NCBI GenBank assembly: GCA_965153285.1
Contig: OZ229115.1
DNA length: 64,000 nucleotides
Strand: one strand, 5' to 3'
Source: Podarcis tiliguerta
Lineage: Eukaryota
Shown here: positions 61,849 to 64,000 of the stretch, in pieces
Layout: each line of letters begins with the position of its first letter
Position numbering within the stretch: the stretch's first letter is position 1
The notes under the pieces: model-generated
Told to the model about the DNA's origin: nothing
Seen by the model: only the letters and a program-made list of their open reading frames with translations
Databases searched by the model: none
Made by a program: the position numbers and the translations under genes

Positions 61849-63088
61849 TACTAAGGCTGCAGTTCTGGGCACACTTACTTGGGCAATGGTGACTTTTACT
61901 TGTGAGTAAACATGCATAGAATTGGACGATAAAATTGTAAGTCATAGCCAATGCTGGATTCTCAGCAGAAGTGACTGTCCTGCGAAACACCATAACCTGA
62001 AAGGTCTCACAACAAGCATACTCAGAAGGACCTGTACAGATCTGTATAACATGGGACTGTACCGGCATACACCATCATTGCTGACTACAACAAGAAACAT
62101 CATGCAGTCGTCTCAGGCTGTTTGAAAGATCAGAGCCTGCCTTTTGGAGCTCTGACCCCACAGTTATTTGTGAACACTCCTTATTGTGCACCTTGGGATC
62201 TCTAAGCAGAAACATCTGTGACTGTTGCCCTTTCCTGTACACATTGCTCTGTGGCAGAAAGGTGATATCCAGGCTCTGATTTCCACAAAAACGGGCTAAG
62301 ACTACAATGAGGAAGCCCAAAACAGGTAAGACACTTCTTTTCTAAGTCACCCGGTTTCACATTAGCTTGGAATTTAGCTTAGATCCAGTTCATAGTCCAA
62401 AGCAGGTTGCACCCACTATGATGATGCCATCTACACTTACTGGCTGAGAAAGCCAAACCTATCAGTCCCAATTCAGCTTCATTCTTATTCTCATTGCCAT
62501 GGCATCATACTCAGTGTAGAGAGGCACAAACATTTCCAGACTATGGAGAAACACAGACTCCAGCCATCCAGAATCTAGAGCCATGAGTGGATACCAAGCT
62601 TGTCAGTCTTCACTTCCATGAAGCATTTATGCACCCCAACACATCCATGATTCATCACTGGTGTTTCACCTTTCCTCACTGAAGCCCTGGAATCTCACTG
62701 TAAAAGGTTATCAGTAGAAGTGCTAAGAATACTACCTGCTTAAAACCCTGCAGCGACATTGGGTCAAAGTAGACTATGTTGAGGCTGATGGATCAATTGT
62801 GTGACACATGATAAGTAAGCTTTTTAAATACTCTGCAGCCCTGTAGCTGCATTCTCCCCTACAACTATCAAGCTGCACCCAGGAATGTGGTGCAGGTAAG
62901 TCTTCAGTTTCAGAGCACATGTGACATATTGTTTTAGCCTATCAGTTCCCTGTCATGCGTACAAAGAGAATGCAGACATGAGGTGGCCTCTGAGTGTACA
63001 CAGGGCTGGTGTGCTGAGTGACGCAATTGATCTATCCTCCCGCAGTGACCAAGAGCTGGCCTAGTGACCTTCTGCTTTCTCCTGACAG

Positions 63089-63266
63089 AAACGGATGATG
63101 CCATGCGCTCCTTCGCAGAGAAGGTCTTTGCCTCAGAGGTGAAGGATGAAGGGGGCCGGCACGAAATCTCTCCCTTTGATGTGGAGGATGTCTGCCCCAT
63201 ATCACATCATGAAATGCAACAGCATATGATCAAAGAGGAGGAGAGTTCAAGTGACACTGGGAAAAA
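63089..63266 (+). CDS. AMPD1: AMPD1 coding exon 3 (gene continues beyond the window)
   Basis: TDDAMRSFAEKVFASEVKDEGGRHEISPFDVEDVCPISHHEMQQHMIKEEESSSDTGK; cctgacag acceptor, AA|gtgaga donor. Confidence 0.95.
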
Positions 63267-64000
63267 GTGAGAGTTCTGTGTATGTGTGCATGCGCTGGTG
63301 GGATAATGGGAAACTGGGGCTGAGGAAGGAGGAGCCATGAAAGATTGGATGGGTAACCTAGTAAGGTGTGGCTCAGATAGATCCTGTGCCAGATGTGTGC
63401 TGATCACAGTACCTCTGAAGCAGCATAATGCAGGCGCCAGATACACTTGCACTCACACTAAGGAAAGGTGGCAACGAATGTGAAAAGAGCTGGTTCCTGA
63501 ACCTTGGAAGACTTGCGTTTATGGGAAACTACAGAGTGGCTAATTCCAGTCGGAGCAGCCACCAGCACAGAGTGCATTGTCTGTACTAGCACCCCTTAAT
63601 CATCAGAGCAGACCAAGTGATTAAATATTTTGATGATTAGCTTAAAGCGAAACCATTTGCTCACGTAGATTTTCAAAACTGATGTGGATATAAAACATTC
63701 CCCAAGGCACTTGGCTGGAATTGTTGGAAGAGTAGCATTTGCCCTATGTTTCTAGGCATTGAACAGTTTTGAGCAGATATATTCTCAGCCACATTGCCTT
63801 CCTATGGAAGAATGGAGTATTTCCATGTGATAATGATGGCAGATAGGTAGCTTTTCACTACAAGCAAGTGTGAAAGCCATGGTCTTATTTGTCCTTTTGA
63901 TTTCCATAAGTGTGCCAATTGTCAGTACTACCTGAGCAGTGGCACTTTGCTCCTATTCCTCAGTGACTTACTCTGACCCCATAATTTGTATGCTCTGCTT

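Overview
Eukaryotic, intron-rich DNA from a squamate reptile. Sauria-type SINEs with (ACCTTT)n tails, tRNA-derived SINEs and a Penelope-type inverted repeat point to a lizard, probably a lacertid (inference). The window holds the conserved vertebrate block SIKE1 - CSDE1 (UNR) - NRAS - AMPD1, all on the + strand. It contains the last three SIKE1 coding exons and 3'UTR. CSDE1 is complete: CpG-island promoter, two 5' non-coding exons, an optional N-terminal exon and 18 core coding exons that splice in frame to 796 aa. NRAS is complete (189 aa, CaaX CLVM). AMPD1 is represented by exons 1-3, including the 12-nt mini-exon. The rest is SINEs, CR1 fragments, hAT and Tc1/mariner MITEs, microsatellites and one assembly gap. 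I found no convincing wholly new gene system. The most notable observations are RNA-level: a dual-frame CSDE1 cassette exon whose alternative ORF stops on the canonical start codon (ATGA), a 62-bp near-perfect intronic hairpin, a NAGNAG acceptor on the AMPD1 mini-exon, a decayed hammerhead-like motif in a Penelope-type insertion, a GC-AG intron and an expanded CSDE1-NRAS spacer. Comparisons to human sequence are from memory and need checking by alignment.
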